DNA of 64,000 bases. Source: Gammaproteobacteria bacterium. GTDB lineage: Bacteria > Pseudomonadota > Gammaproteobacteria > Steroidobacterales > Steroidobacteraceae. Below are positions 9,901-17,110 of this stretch, one piece after another. The notes below the pieces were generated by a model. It saw nothing but the letters and a program-made list of their open reading frames with translations. It had not been told where the DNA came from and did not search any database. Location: positions 6,958 through 70,957 of the forward strand of contig JAXDQI010000256.1 of NCBI GenBank assembly GCA_034667965.1. The letters are read 5' to 3'. The translations under genes were made by a program, and so were the position numbers. Positions within the stretch are counted from its first letter, which is position 1; each line of letters begins with the position of its first letter.

Positions 9901-12900
9901 CGGCACCGTGCGGATGTCGTCGAATACTCTGGGCAACGCGACGCGCCGCGTCACGGGCATCACTCTGGCGGGCGGCAATAACACGCCCGGCGTCGGCTAC
10001 ACCACGCCGCCCACGGTGACCTTCAGCACCGGACCCGCCAAAGCGACCACAACTCTGGGCGTGAGCAGTGTCACGGTGACCGCGCCGGGCAGCGGCTACA
10101 CCAGCGTGCCCAACGTGACATTCACCGCCGGTGCCAGCCTTGCGACGGCCACCGCCTCCCTGGGCGGCCCCAGCACGACGCTGCCGCTGGTGCTCACGGC
10201 CTTCGGCGATCGCCAGGTCCAGAATCCGCAATTCGCGGGTCCGTCCGCGATCACTGCGCCTTACAACCAGAAGACCGTCACCCGGCACTATGGCTTCGGC
10301 ACGCAGTGCGCGGCCATCAGCACCGGCTGTGCTGCGATCTCGAGCGTCACCGTCGCAGGTCAGCCGGCGACGATCACCGGCTGGTCGGACACGCAGATCA
10401 CGATTACCGTCCCGGCTCTGCCGCTGTGCTCGGTACAGCAGCGCAGCCTGGTGGCGAACGTGGCGAGCCCGTCGCCGGCCGGTTGCGGTGAAGTAGTGAT
10501 CACTGCGGGCAACGGCAAGCAGTCGATCGACGGCATCACCGTCACCGTGGGCGGCAACGCCACCTACGTGACCACGGCAAGCCAGACCTCCATGACGTGG
10601 GGCGAGATAGACAAGAACCCGTTGCAGACGGCGGTCGACAACGCGAAGCCCGGCGATCTCCTCATCATCGAGGCGGGTGCGTATCGCGAAAATCTGCTCA
10701 TGTGGAAGCCGGTACGCCTGCAGGGTGTCGGCGCCGGTTCCGTCACCATCAATGGAGACGCACAGCCTGCCGGCAAGATGGACTCCTGGCGCCGTCGCGT
10801 GAGCTGTCTGTTCGGTCTCACCATCCAGGGTGTGCCCAACAACGGCAATGCCGCGTATGACCCGGACAACCAGTACACTTGCCCCGCGGATCAGTACTTC
10901 CGCTCCGATCGGCTTCCCTTCGAGGGCTTCGTCGGCTGGGATGCCTCGAGCAACGGCAACCTGGCGCAGCTTCTGCAGGAACCGTCGCTGATGGGCGCCT
11001 ATGAAGGGGCGGGCATCACGGTGATTGGCCGCGGCGTGAATCAGCGAGGTTCCGGAAACACGGACCTGTGGGGTGTAGCGGGCGGCGCGGGAACCTTCCC
11101 GGACGGCAGCCGGTACGTGAGCCTGGCCGATTGCAGGCCGCCGGCCAGCACCGGCAGTACGGCGACCAGAAACATCAACGACTACGGCACCAGCAACTTC
11201 CTTTGCAACCCGTCGGCCATCGACGGCGTGAGCATCCTGAACAGTTCGCAGGGCGGCGGCGGTATCTACCTGCATGGTTGGAACCACAACATTCAGATCG
11301 CCAACACCCGCATCTCCGCGAACGCGGGAACCTTGTCGGGCGCGATCAATCTCGGCAGCGGTGAGACGCCGCCGGCGTTCACCGTCGACAACACGATCTG
11401 CGGCAACACGGGTGCGAACCCCACGCCGCTGTGTCCGCCGAGTGTGCCGAATGCGCAATTGCCCAATGTGCCGGCGACGTTGTTGAACGGGGAGATCCCA
11501 TTCCAGTTCAACACCAACGTGCACATTCATCACAACCAGATCCTGGACAACGCCTCGATCGGTGATGCGCTGTTCTCCGGCTCGCCGGCCGGTGCGGGTG
11601 GCGTGACCATCAGTGCGGGTTCGGACAACTACGAGCTGGACCACAACTGGATCGCGGCCAACCTGACCTCGAGCGACGGCGGCGGTGTGGCGCAAATGGG
11701 CGTGAGCTTCAATGGCAAGATTCACAACAACTTCGTGTTGTTCAATCAGGCCAATAATCCGACGCTCCCCGTCGACGGCGGCGGCATCATCATCATGGGC
11801 GCTCAGGAAGATCGCACCCTGCCGAGCGGTCAGGAATGCGGCGGCACCACCGACCTCGACTGCCCGCCGGGCATCGGCGACGGCACGGGTCCGGGTCTCG
11901 TGATCGATTCGAACCTGATTCTCGGCAACAGCGCCGAGGACGGCAGCGGCGGCGGCCTGCGCCTGCGGCAGACGAATGGTACCGAGGTCGCGGCCTTCCT
12001 CAAGAGCCCGCAGAACTGGTACGGCATCACCGTGACCAACAACATCATCGCGAACAACGTCGCGGGATGGGATGGCGGCGGCGTGTCCTTGCAGGATTCG
12101 TTCAAGACCGTGTTCACCAACAACACCGTGGCATCCAACGACACCACCGCGTCCGCGGGTGTGCTGTTCAAGACGCTGGGTGCGATCAGTGCCGCTTCGC
12201 CGCCTCCGGGATGCTTGCCGACTCCGGATCCGACGCAGCCGCAGAACCCGGCCTGCTTGCTGACGAATGGACCGCACATTCCGCAGCCGGCCGGTTTGGT
12301 GACCATGCAAAACACGCCGAACATGATGTCGCAGCTGCCGAGCGGCGTGGTCTGCCCGGCGGGCTTCGGCTACGGCACGACCAATCCCAACGGCACGGAA
12401 TCGAATCTGACCAACGGCCGTTGCGTGCTCGTCAGCCTGCCGCAGATCAACAATGATCTGTTCTGGCAGAACCGGGCGTTCCACGTCGAGATCGTCGACG
12501 CGAACGGCAATACGATCGCTTCGGGCAACTCGCCGCCCACGGGGACCGGCTTGAAATCAAATCAGAACCTCGTGGCGCTGCTGCCCGAGTTCACGCAGAG
12601 CTACACGGGTCAGTGCGTCACGCCGCCGGCAAGCCAAGAGTTGTATTGGGACGTCGGTGTGCGATGGGACCTGCTGCCGAACGGCCAAGGTCAAGCGCTG
12701 GTGTTCAACGCCGCAACGGTGGGCGCGGGATCCTACACGCCGGCCAACGGCGGCAGCGGGGTGTCTGCGAACCTCAATGACGCGGGTCCGATCGCGCTCT
12801 CGGCCTCCTATTCCATCTTCAGCGACGCGCTGAATATGGGAAATGTGAAGCCGGGATCCATGGGCAACATGGCGCCTTCCAAGACGCCGGTGATCGGCCA

Positions 12901-14152
12901 GTATTGCAACGGTGCACGCATACCGCCCGAGCAATGCGCCGCCGGCCAGGGTGCGAACGACCCCGGCATGTGCAAGGGCTACTTCACGCCGGCCGGCCAG
13001 TCGGAAACCGTCGGTGTCGCTCCGGTGTTCCAGTTCAACGGCATCGCGGCCAGCGCGACGGTGGACGAGGGCAATAACTGGATCAACATGACCTACGGCC
13101 CGTTGACTCTGAGCCGTCCGCCGTCTGCCGGTGCCGGTTCGACGCCGTCGGCCGAGCCGACGGTGGCCAGCGCCGCAGTGGGCATCGCACAGGGTGCTTA
13201 CTCGATCGCTTCCGATTCGGCCGCGGTCGGTGCCGGATATCCGACGGCGCCGGGTACGCCCAACCACGACTTCTACGGCCAGCCGCGGTCGACGTCGGGC
13301 GTGTCCATCGGTGCAGTGGAGTTTGCAGTGCCGCCGCCCACGCTGACGGCGATCACGCCGGCTGCGGGGGTGCAGGGGACGACCGTGGCGGTGACGCTCA
13401 CCGGCACCAATTTCACGGCCGGTAGCGTCGTTTTGGTCTCGGGCAACGGCATCAATCAGTTCGGTCTGGTTGAGGTGAGCGCAACGCAGCTCACGACGAA
13501 TATCCAGATCTCGGGGAGTGCAACCCTGGGTGCGCGGAACGTGACGGTATCGACTTCCGGCGGCGTTACCGCGCCGGTGACCTTCACCATCGTCGCCAAG
13601 CCGCCGGCGCCGACGCTGACGTCGATCTCGCCAAACTCCGGGACGCGCGGCTCGACCGTGACGGTTACCTTGACCGGCACGAACTTCTCGGCGGCCGGAT
13701 TGGCGGTGAACGTGAGCGGTTCAGGCGTGACGCCGATCAATGTCACCTATGTGAGCCCCACGCAGGTGAAGGCGGACTTCGTGATCGGTCCAAACGCGAA
13801 CACCAACAATAGAAACGTCACGGTCACCACGTCGGGGGGTACGAGCGGCTCAAGGACCTTTACGGTCTCGAACCCGCCGCGGCCGACGCTGGCGTCGATT
13901 GCTCCGACGGTGGGAACGCATGGCACGAACGTGACGGTGACCCTGACCGGCACCAACTTCACGTCGACGGGGACGTCCATCAATGTCACGGGCACCGGTG
14001 TGGTGGCGACCGTCACGTCCGTGACGCCGACGCAGATCGTCGCGACCTTCGCCATCACTTCGGGTGCGCTACACACTGCAAGGGCGGTCAATGTGACGAC
14101 GCCCGGAGGAACGAATGTGCAAAGCCAGAACCGCACGTTTACCGTCAACTGA
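3953..14152 (+). CDS. Giant (3399 aa) secreted multidomain protein: Cu-less MCO-like head, cadherin-like/VCBS-type repeats, Cna-B/SdrD-like modules, right-handed beta-helix, C-terminal IPT/TIG repeats
   Basis: Uninterrupted ORF with a signal peptide (...LLLTANASQAQ). The first ~430 aa align in pattern with MCO domains 1 and 2 (WGY..., GTYLIESGTHPSIQAPMGLYGILVV, YYLVNGVSFD...) but contain no HxH/HCH motif. Further modules are 'VLLNDINPDGRPLSV', 'YSMTGLPNGTYKLAVFD', GSGYTSVPNVTF-type repeats, beta-helix repeats (NNIIANNVAGWDGGGVSLQD, DHNWIAANLTSSDGGGV) and 3 x ~90-aa IPT/TIG repeats at the end. Confidence 0.9.
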   Translation: MHLFTSKTSRLIPGLAALALLLTANASQAQTVNLTAAPTSTTLPDGQSVPMWGYHCTDAGSNGATCAAANPAVQTAGTGWSPIVITVPYVGTATASSTNLTISLTNNLTFAGGKIPTSLTIVGQLGGGLGGGGTTSVSPVHAGQGVTWPAADPTTTSTPPAQMPRVQSFGTEVAVGATTALTWNKLRPGTYLIESGTHPSIQAPMGLYGILVVTTTSTTPAQAYPTVAGLPVTALAVSQYDADLPLVLSEIDPVQNASVATAVATTGFLETTVWSGLPGKCGNPLKADGTANASFNTCYPPAVNYSPRYYLVNGVSFDRTKIASSTAQILPLPATVSTGNVILRFANAGLRMHIPAVVNQPMTLIAEDGNPLPGQPRIQNEVFMAAGKTYDVEVKPTQTSGAYSAATLALFDRQLSLSTNNQRDGGMQAYIGVAGGATTGAGSVGSGVALGGVAAKTFYCVSGTTLSVTDPTSGLLGGTTGANGVAATPPLLAGLTIQSNGTFTYVPPATGACGGSFTYLVNNSQSVTSTIAQCDATSSTATGCTVSGQATLVNDTFTGTNAKVLAISPPGVLLNDINPDGRPLSVDPATVQSSGLVSLAVSADGSFTAVAPAAGTYTFTYNVTNSQHTKGIAPATVTLNFPQGSGLKVKLVDQKHQTDPTWDLADATKKGDYRWIIEEDRTFWIDPKCQVNSATRPKDSYGRACPPTPVEALGYNFHTASMPVVATGCVGSISCESGQTVLGVAAVCDVGDGTCRTDATQRTELTPDQVHLDPNKHYFISIMPADGINPTVNGAGGPVQVNATCDPTTTNCAMRQFDATKDCPTPADFAPGSGACGHNMGGTQIGPQFLADGTPTPPSVTISLVETPLPSAKIAVLVYEDDYPLNGENDAGGGVDILAPNEAGLGGFQIELLDQAGALGDSTGQITYDMFNMPVSNALAGTPDPNNHMQDACPLTSNPDNLVGRIITCPTYEADGTTLSPLAGQAVIANLYPGLYEPQAFPDADRIARGEEWLQTNTLDGGKPHEAFIRPGEPAYFQEFGPGGFHVQIGFANPKIINDRRHNLAGTGICDAVATGGGGLACKSSISGQVHGNHMSRTPDERTYDTGSYDAFAFSACYVSVGVPDEQDFAFAKCDAEGNYSMTGLPNGTYKLAVFDQWNDIMLDGLITSVVVNGNTVVNPTATQWRTNIYTRTYLDLNGNGIPDRTCDANGNCTDLEPGAPLLPIQVRYRDGSIGFKNNTDLNGYATYNEVFPFMNWLVVEPDQTRYKPTGEHVVYDAGGPDDCTTGAAKCSNTAAHLAGTQELVSLPLDLRVPGAVYCTDADCSDPNESILLGAYNTKTVDTSKNHNITAGLSSGRIDPPWHSEGWQGLLGQHSFIDFGMKPFAAHENGGIQGLVVYYSTRPFDDPSLDVQLVWEPGVPNVQINLYQEGTAPDGTTTLTLVDTTQTTSWDKWAQGFQTDGHGNLRKLADGSYVPNMNCPGQDPTSGFFATLQGSKMWLDTADSTGNKKQLAYNSQFKCYDGWSQLNQIVPAPYDGKYTFPSTVELDPVTGRPAGLGSLNGIATPLIGTNCNICVANPDDGTPMLPAGKYVVEAVMPTGFEIVKEEDKNILMGDIYIAPVSQQFAGLGNVFILPDQAAVNAYYNANNPLNSTTNLGVLNPREDFASTDQMWPCVGKTRIVPDTMSLFPTVGQTAPFAGASRPLCDRKEVSLTDQTGVSARFYAFTKNHIAGHFVGGMTNDMASEFDPFSPQFGEKFGVPNLPIRMRDFMGDEVTRVYGDQWGAYNGLYFSSWEVNPPNPTGYAPQMSVACMNDPGPILDADPTSPTHGQMITDPAYNPAYSNFCYETPFMPGFTAYMDTPVTPTQAFADHYNLPDAEYPDGTPVIKRADFTGNGFGAGGAGPWAPGTAGIGSITVTNTGSYTAVPTVGFNGGGGSGAAASPLMSIGQLNLVSASGSYTNIATPTATFSAPPCTINGTTCVRAVGTVRMSSNTLGNATRRVTGITLAGGNNTPGVGYTTPPTVTFSTGPAKATTTLGVSSVTVTAPGSGYTSVPNVTFTAGASLATATASLGGPSTTLPLVLTAFGDRQVQNPQFAGPSAITAPYNQKTVTRHYGFGTQCAAISTGCAAISSVTVAGQPATITGWSDTQITITVPALPLCSVQQRSLVANVASPSPAGCGEVVITAGNGKQSIDGITVTVGGNATYVTTASQTSMTWGEIDKNPLQTAVDNAKPGDLLIIEAGAYRENLLMWKPVRLQGVGAGSVTINGDAQPAGKMDSWRRRVSCLFGLTIQGVPNNGNAAYDPDNQYTCPADQYFRSDRLPFEGFVGWDASSNGNLAQLLQEPSLMGAYEGAGITVIGRGVNQRGSGNTDLWGVAGGAGTFPDGSRYVSLADCRPPASTGSTATRNINDYGTSNFLCNPSAIDGVSILNSSQGGGGIYLHGWNHNIQIANTRISANAGTLSGAINLGSGETPPAFTVDNTICGNTGANPTPLCPPSVPNAQLPNVPATLLNGEIPFQFNTNVHIHHNQILDNASIGDALFSGSPAGAGGVTISAGSDNYELDHNWIAANLTSSDGGGVAQMGVSFNGKIHNNFVLFNQANNPTLPVDGGGIIIMGAQEDRTLPSGQECGGTTDLDCPPGIGDGTGPGLVIDSNLILGNSAEDGSGGGLRLRQTNGTEVAAFLKSPQNWYGITVTNNIIANNVAGWDGGGVSLQDSFKTVFTNNTVASNDTTASAGVLFKTLGAISAASPPPGCLPTPDPTQPQNPACLLTNGPHIPQPAGLVTMQNTPNMMSQLPSGVVCPAGFGYGTTNPNGTESNLTNGRCVLVSLPQINNDLFWQNRAFHVEIVDANGNTIASGNSPPTGTGLKSNQNLVALLPEFTQSYTGQCVTPPASQELYWDVGVRWDLLPNGQGQALVFNAATVGAGSYTPANGGSGVSANLNDAGPIALSASYSIFSDALNMGNVKPGSMGNMAPSKTPVIGQYCNGARIPPEQCAAGQGANDPGMCKGYFTPAGQSETVGVAPVFQFNGIAASATVDEGNNWINMTYGPLTLSRPPSAGAGSTPSAEPTVASAAVGIAQGAYSIASDSAAVGAGYPTAPGTPNHDFYGQPRSTSGVSIGAVEFAVPPPTLTAITPAAGVQGTTVAVTLTGTNFTAGSVVLVSGNGINQFGLVEVSATQLTTNIQISGSATLGARNVTVSTSGGVTAPVTFTIVAKPPAPTLTSISPNSGTRGSTVTVTLTGTNFSAAGLAVNVSGSGVTPINVTYVSPTQVKADFVIGPNANTNNRNVTVTTSGGTSGSRTFTVSNPPRPTLASIAPTVGTHGTNVTVTLTGTNFTSTGTSINVTGTGVVATVTSVTPTQIVATFAITSGALHTARAVNVTTPGGTNVQSQNRTFTVN
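13331..14149 (+). repeat. Three tandem ~270-273 bp coding repeats (IPT/TIG-like Ig domains) at the 3' end of the giant gene
   Basis: Repeat starts at ~13331 (PPPTLTAITPAAGVQGTTVAVTLTGTNFTAG), ~13601 (PPAPTLTSISPNSGTRGSTVTVTLTGTNFSAAG) and ~13874 (PPRPTLASIAPTVGTHGTNVTVTLTGTNFTSTG). Confidence 0.85.
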
Positions 14153-14161
14153 GCAGGTGGC

Positions 14162-14662
14162 GTGCCAGGACGCCGCAATCCGATGGAGACTGCAGGAATG
14201 AGTGGGTGCAGGAGAAAGTCCATGGGCGGTCGGCTCGCGTCGATCGCGGCCATCGTGCTCGTCGCAGCCGCCTCGAGCGTCGCGGCCGGCTCGAGCGTCG
14301 CAGCCGGCTCGAGCGCGGCAGCACCTCCGTCTGCGCGCGTTCGCGCCGGCGGATCGTTGCAGCACCGAGTCGACGTCCTTTCCAGAGCACTGCAACTCGA
14401 TGCGCGGCAGCGGGCCGAACTGCTGACCATTCTCGAACGCCAGCGCCAGACCGTCACCAAGATCTGGAGCGACCCTGCGTTGCTTCCTGCCGAGCGTACG
14501 CCCGCGACCCGCGCGCTTCAGGAGCGCACCGCGGACCAGATCCGAGCCATCCTCTCGGAGGAGCAGAGAAATCGGTACAACCCACCGAAACCGAAGGACG
14601 CCGCGCCGCCGTCGCCGAACGTGGCAGACTGGATGCAGACGCAGGCGCGGCAGCAGCAGTAG
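14162..14662 (+). CDS. Small secreted protein, possibly LTXXQ/Spy-CpxP-like periplasmic chaperone or metal-stress protein
   Basis: 166-aa ORF. The start is more likely ATG 14222 (MGGRLASIAAIVLVAAA..., a signal peptide). The helical body has LxxxQ-type motifs (LDARQRAELLTILERQ, ILSEEQRNRY). The family call is tentative. Confidence 0.5.
   Translation: MPGRRNPMETAGMSGCRRKSMGGRLASIAAIVLVAAASSVAAGSSVAAGSSAAAPPSARVRAGGSLQHRVDVLSRALQLDARQRAELLTILERQRQTVTKIWSDPALLPAERTPATRALQERTADQIRAILSEEQRNRYNPPKPKDAAPPSPNVADWMQTQARQQQ
14261..14314 (+). repeat. 18-bp x 3 tandem repeat (GTCGCRGCCGSCTCGAGC) encoding (VAA[A/G]SS)3
   Basis: Read directly at 14261-14278, 14279-14296 and 14297-14314. It lies in the signal-peptide/N-terminal region of the 14162-14662 ORF. 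Confidence 0.8.
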
Positions 14663-14684
14663 TAGGGACATCAGGAGACTTCGT

Positions 14685-14948
14685 ATGTTGCGAATCGATC
14701 AAATCATCGGCGCTTGCGGCGTCACCGCTGCATTAGTCGCAGCGACTTTCCTGGCGATGCCGGCGCGGGCGGAGGCGCCCTTGCCGACTGCGCCGTCCGC
14801 GGTGACGAAGAAGAAAGTCGTGTCGCCGTATGCGCGCGCCGCGGCGCAGCATGAACGGGTCGGAGAGGCCCCGGTGGGTCACGCTCCGACCAGGGTGCAG
14901 GGAATGGGCAAGCCGCATAAACCGCATGCAGGCGCGCCACGCAAATGA
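14685..14948 (+). CDS. Small secreted hypothetical protein (87 aa)
   Basis: Signal-peptide-like N-terminus (...AALVAATFLAMPARAEA) and a basic His/Pro-rich tail (GKPHKPHAGAPRK). It is co-directional, and its stop overlaps the next start (14945). Confidence 0.45.
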   Translation: MLRIDQIIGACGVTAALVAATFLAMPARAEAPLPTAPSAVTKKKVVSPYARAAAQHERVGEAPVGHAPTRVQGMGKPHKPHAGAPRK

Positions 14949-15433
14949 ACATTCGCGCGGGCCTCGTATTCTGCTGCGTCCTGTCCTCTGCGTCTCTGGC
15001 GCAGGCACCCGCGCCAGGGTCCGCGGCTTTGCCGCCCGCCAACCACGCCGGCAAGACTTCGCCCTATCACGGCATGAAGTTGAGCGAAAAGGCGCGCGCG
15101 TACTATCCCGCGGCCTGGGGCGTCGATCATCTGCGGGTGAGCTACACCTCGTCCGGCAATCTGATTCGCTTCAGCTACCGGGTGTTGGAGCCCAAGCTGG
15201 CGAGGGCGCTCGGCGACCACGAGTCGACGCCCTACCTGTACGCGCCGCGATCGCATGCCATGCTGCAAGTACCTACGATGGAAAAGATCGGCCAACTCAG
15301 GCAGCTCAATGCCGCCGAGGCCAACAAGGAATACTGGATGGCGTTCTCCAACAAAGGCAATCTCGTGCGTCCCGGTGAACGGGTCAACGTGATCATCGGA
15401 AAATTTCATGCCGACGGCATGCTCGTCGAGTAA
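14945..15433 (+). CDS. Secreted hypothetical protein (162 aa)
   Basis: Signal peptide (MNIRAGLVFCCVLSSASLAQA) and a 4-nt overlap with the preceding ORF. No family was recognised. Confidence 0.55.
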   Translation: MNIRAGLVFCCVLSSASLAQAPAPGSAALPPANHAGKTSPYHGMKLSEKARAYYPAAWGVDHLRVSYTSSGNLIRFSYRVLEPKLARALGDHESTPYLYAPRSHAMLQVPTMEKIGQLRQLNAAEANKEYWMAFSNKGNLVRPGERVNVIIGKFHADGMLVE

Positions 15434-15459
15434 TCATCATGTGCTCTAGAGGATCAACC

Positions 15460-16269
15460 ATGAATCGTGTTTCCCTATTTGCTGGCTGCCTGCTGTCGCT
15501 GGGCGCTGCCGCCAACAGCCCTGTCATCGCCGCCGCGGCGGCCACGCACGCTCCGGCGTCACTAAGCGTCGACCAGATCGTAGAGCGCAATGTCGCGGCG
15601 CACGGCGGCCTTGCCGCCTGGCGGGCTGCGAAAACCCTGACCATCGCCGGTGAAATGGACGCCGGCGGCAAGCCGAATCATGCGCTGCCGTTCGTGCTCA
15701 AGGAGAAGCGCCCGCGCAAGAGCCGGCTCGAGATCGTGTTCAAGGATCAAACGTCGGTTCAGGTGTACGACGGCGCCCAGGGCTGGAAAGTGCGTCCGTT
15801 CCTCAACCGCAACGAAGTCGAAACCTATACCGCGGCCGAAATCAAATCTGCCGCAGCGGATCAGGATCTCGACGGTCCGCTGGTGGACTATGCGGCGAAG
15901 GGCACGCAGATCGCGCTCGCCGGCTCCGAGGCGGTGGAGGGGCACCGGGCCTACAAGCTGAAACTCACGCTGCGCAATGGCGACAAGCGGAACCTGTGGA
16001 TCGATGCCGGTACGTACCTCGAACTCAAGATGCAGGGCGAGCCACGCAAGCTCGATGGCCGACTGCATAATGTCGCCGTCTATTTCCGCGATTACAAGAC
16101 CGAGCACGGGCTCACCACTGCGCGGCTGCAGGAAACCGCCGTCGAGGGCGTGAAGCAAACCTATAAAATGACTATTTCCCGCGTGGCGGTGAACGAGCCC
16201 CTGGACGATTCCCTGTTCCAGAGGCCGCAGCTCGCGGCGCTTGCGACGCCGGGCCCCACGCAGCACTAG
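15460..16269 (+). CDS. LolA-like / outer-membrane lipoprotein-sorting-like protein, paralogue 1
   Basis: Start chosen at ATG 15460 (GAGGA 6 nt upstream), giving MNRVSLFAGCLLSLGAAANS. 'SVDQIVERNVAAHGGLAAWRAAKTLTIAGEM' resembles the N-terminal signature of the LolA_like family. It is paralogous to the next ORF. Confidence 0.6.
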   Translation: MNRVSLFAGCLLSLGAAANSPVIAAAAATHAPASLSVDQIVERNVAAHGGLAAWRAAKTLTIAGEMDAGGKPNHALPFVLKEKRPRKSRLEIVFKDQTSVQVYDGAQGWKVRPFLNRNEVETYTAAEIKSAAADQDLDGPLVDYAAKGTQIALAGSEAVEGHRAYKLKLTLRNGDKRNLWIDAGTYLELKMQGEPRKLDGRLHNVAVYFRDYKTEHGLTTARLQETAVEGVKQTYKMTISRVAVNEPLDDSLFQRPQLAALATPGPTQH

Positions 16270-16270
16270 C

Positions 16271-17110
16271 ATGCTTAGGTTTGCACTGACGCTGGTCTGC
16301 GGCGCCTGGGTCGCCGGTGCGCTCGCGAACGCGGCGTTTGCGACGCCGGCCGGACCGCGAGAGCCCGCCGCTCCACGAAGCCTCGCCATGACCGCCGCCG
16401 AGGTCATCGACCGCAACGTTGCCGCACGCGGCGGGCTCGAGGCATGGCGCAAGGTCGAGACCATGGTGTGGCTCGGACATCTCGAACGCGGCACCCGGGA
16501 TGCACAGCGAATCCCGTTCGTGATGACCTTGCGGCGTCCGAATCTCACGCGTTTTGAACTCAAGGAGCAGTTCGACCAGTTCACCCGGATCTTCGACGGC
16601 GCGCACGGCTGGAAGGTGCGGCCGGGGTCCGATGGACGCCCAGCGACCCAGTCGTTTTCATCCGAGGAGTCAAACTTCGCACGCACCGAATTCGTGATCG
16701 ATGGTCCGCTCATCGACTACCAGACCAAGGGTGTGACCGCCGATCTCGACGGCATCGACACCGTGGACGGGCGCAGGGCCTATCGGCTGTCGCTGAAGCT
16801 GGCTTCCGGCGCTGAGCGCAAGGTGTGGATCGACACCAAGACGAACCTCGACATCCGCTACGATCGGCCCGCGACCAATCCTCTCAAGCCGGGAGCGCCC
16901 GTCTCGGTGTACTACCGCGACTACGCCACCGTGGACGGTGTGCGAGTGGCGCGCAGCATCGAGACCGGGGTCGGTGCGGTCGGCAACGGAGCCGCCGAGA
17001 AGCTGGTGATCGATCGGGTGCTGGTCAATCCCAAACTCGATGATGGAACCTTTGCGCCGCCTGCCACGCCGATGCGCCGCGGCGGCCACGTTCGCATTCC
17101 CGCTTCCTGA
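16271..17110 (+). CDS. LolA-like / outer-membrane lipoprotein-sorting-like protein, paralogue 2
   Basis: Start chosen at ATG 16271 (MLRFALTLVCGAWVAGALANA). 'TAAEVIDRNVAARGGLEAWRKVETMVWLGHLE' parallels paralogue 1, as do the length and C-terminal pattern (YRDY.T..G...A). Confidence 0.6.
   Translation: MLRFALTLVCGAWVAGALANAAFATPAGPREPAAPRSLAMTAAEVIDRNVAARGGLEAWRKVETMVWLGHLERGTRDAQRIPFVMTLRRPNLTRFELKEQFDQFTRIFDGAHGWKVRPGSDGRPATQSFSSEESNFARTEFVIDGPLIDYQTKGVTADLDGIDTVDGRRAYRLSLKLASGAERKVWIDTKTNLDIRYDRPATNPLKPGAPVSVYYRDYATVDGVRVARSIETGVGAVGNGAAEKLVIDRVLVNPKLDDGTFAPPATPMRRGGHVRIPAS

Noticed and set aside
8915-12484. 1189-aa ORF on the minus strand inside the giant gene, together with the other long antisense ORFs at 5672-6796 and 6923-8500.
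   Set aside because: These are antisense shadows of a GC-rich coding region. The translations are Arg/Ala/Gly/His-rich and low in complexity, with no recognisable motifs. The plus-strand frame has clear domain structure and is uninterrupted for 10.2 kb.
13331-14149. Tandem repeats as a possible CRISPR or other non-coding array.
   Set aside because: The repeats are ~270 bp, in frame, only ~45% identical at the protein level, and encode IPT/TIG Ig-like domains. No short repeat-spacer array exists anywhere in the window.
3953-14152. Giant protein as an RTX/T1SS adhesin, autotransporter/TPS exoprotein or T9SS cargo.
   Set aside because: It has a Sec signal peptide. No GGxGxD nonapeptide arrays, TPS domain, C-terminal beta-barrel or T9SS CTD were seen. 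No T1SS or TpsB genes lie nearby, whereas a T2SS-like machine does.
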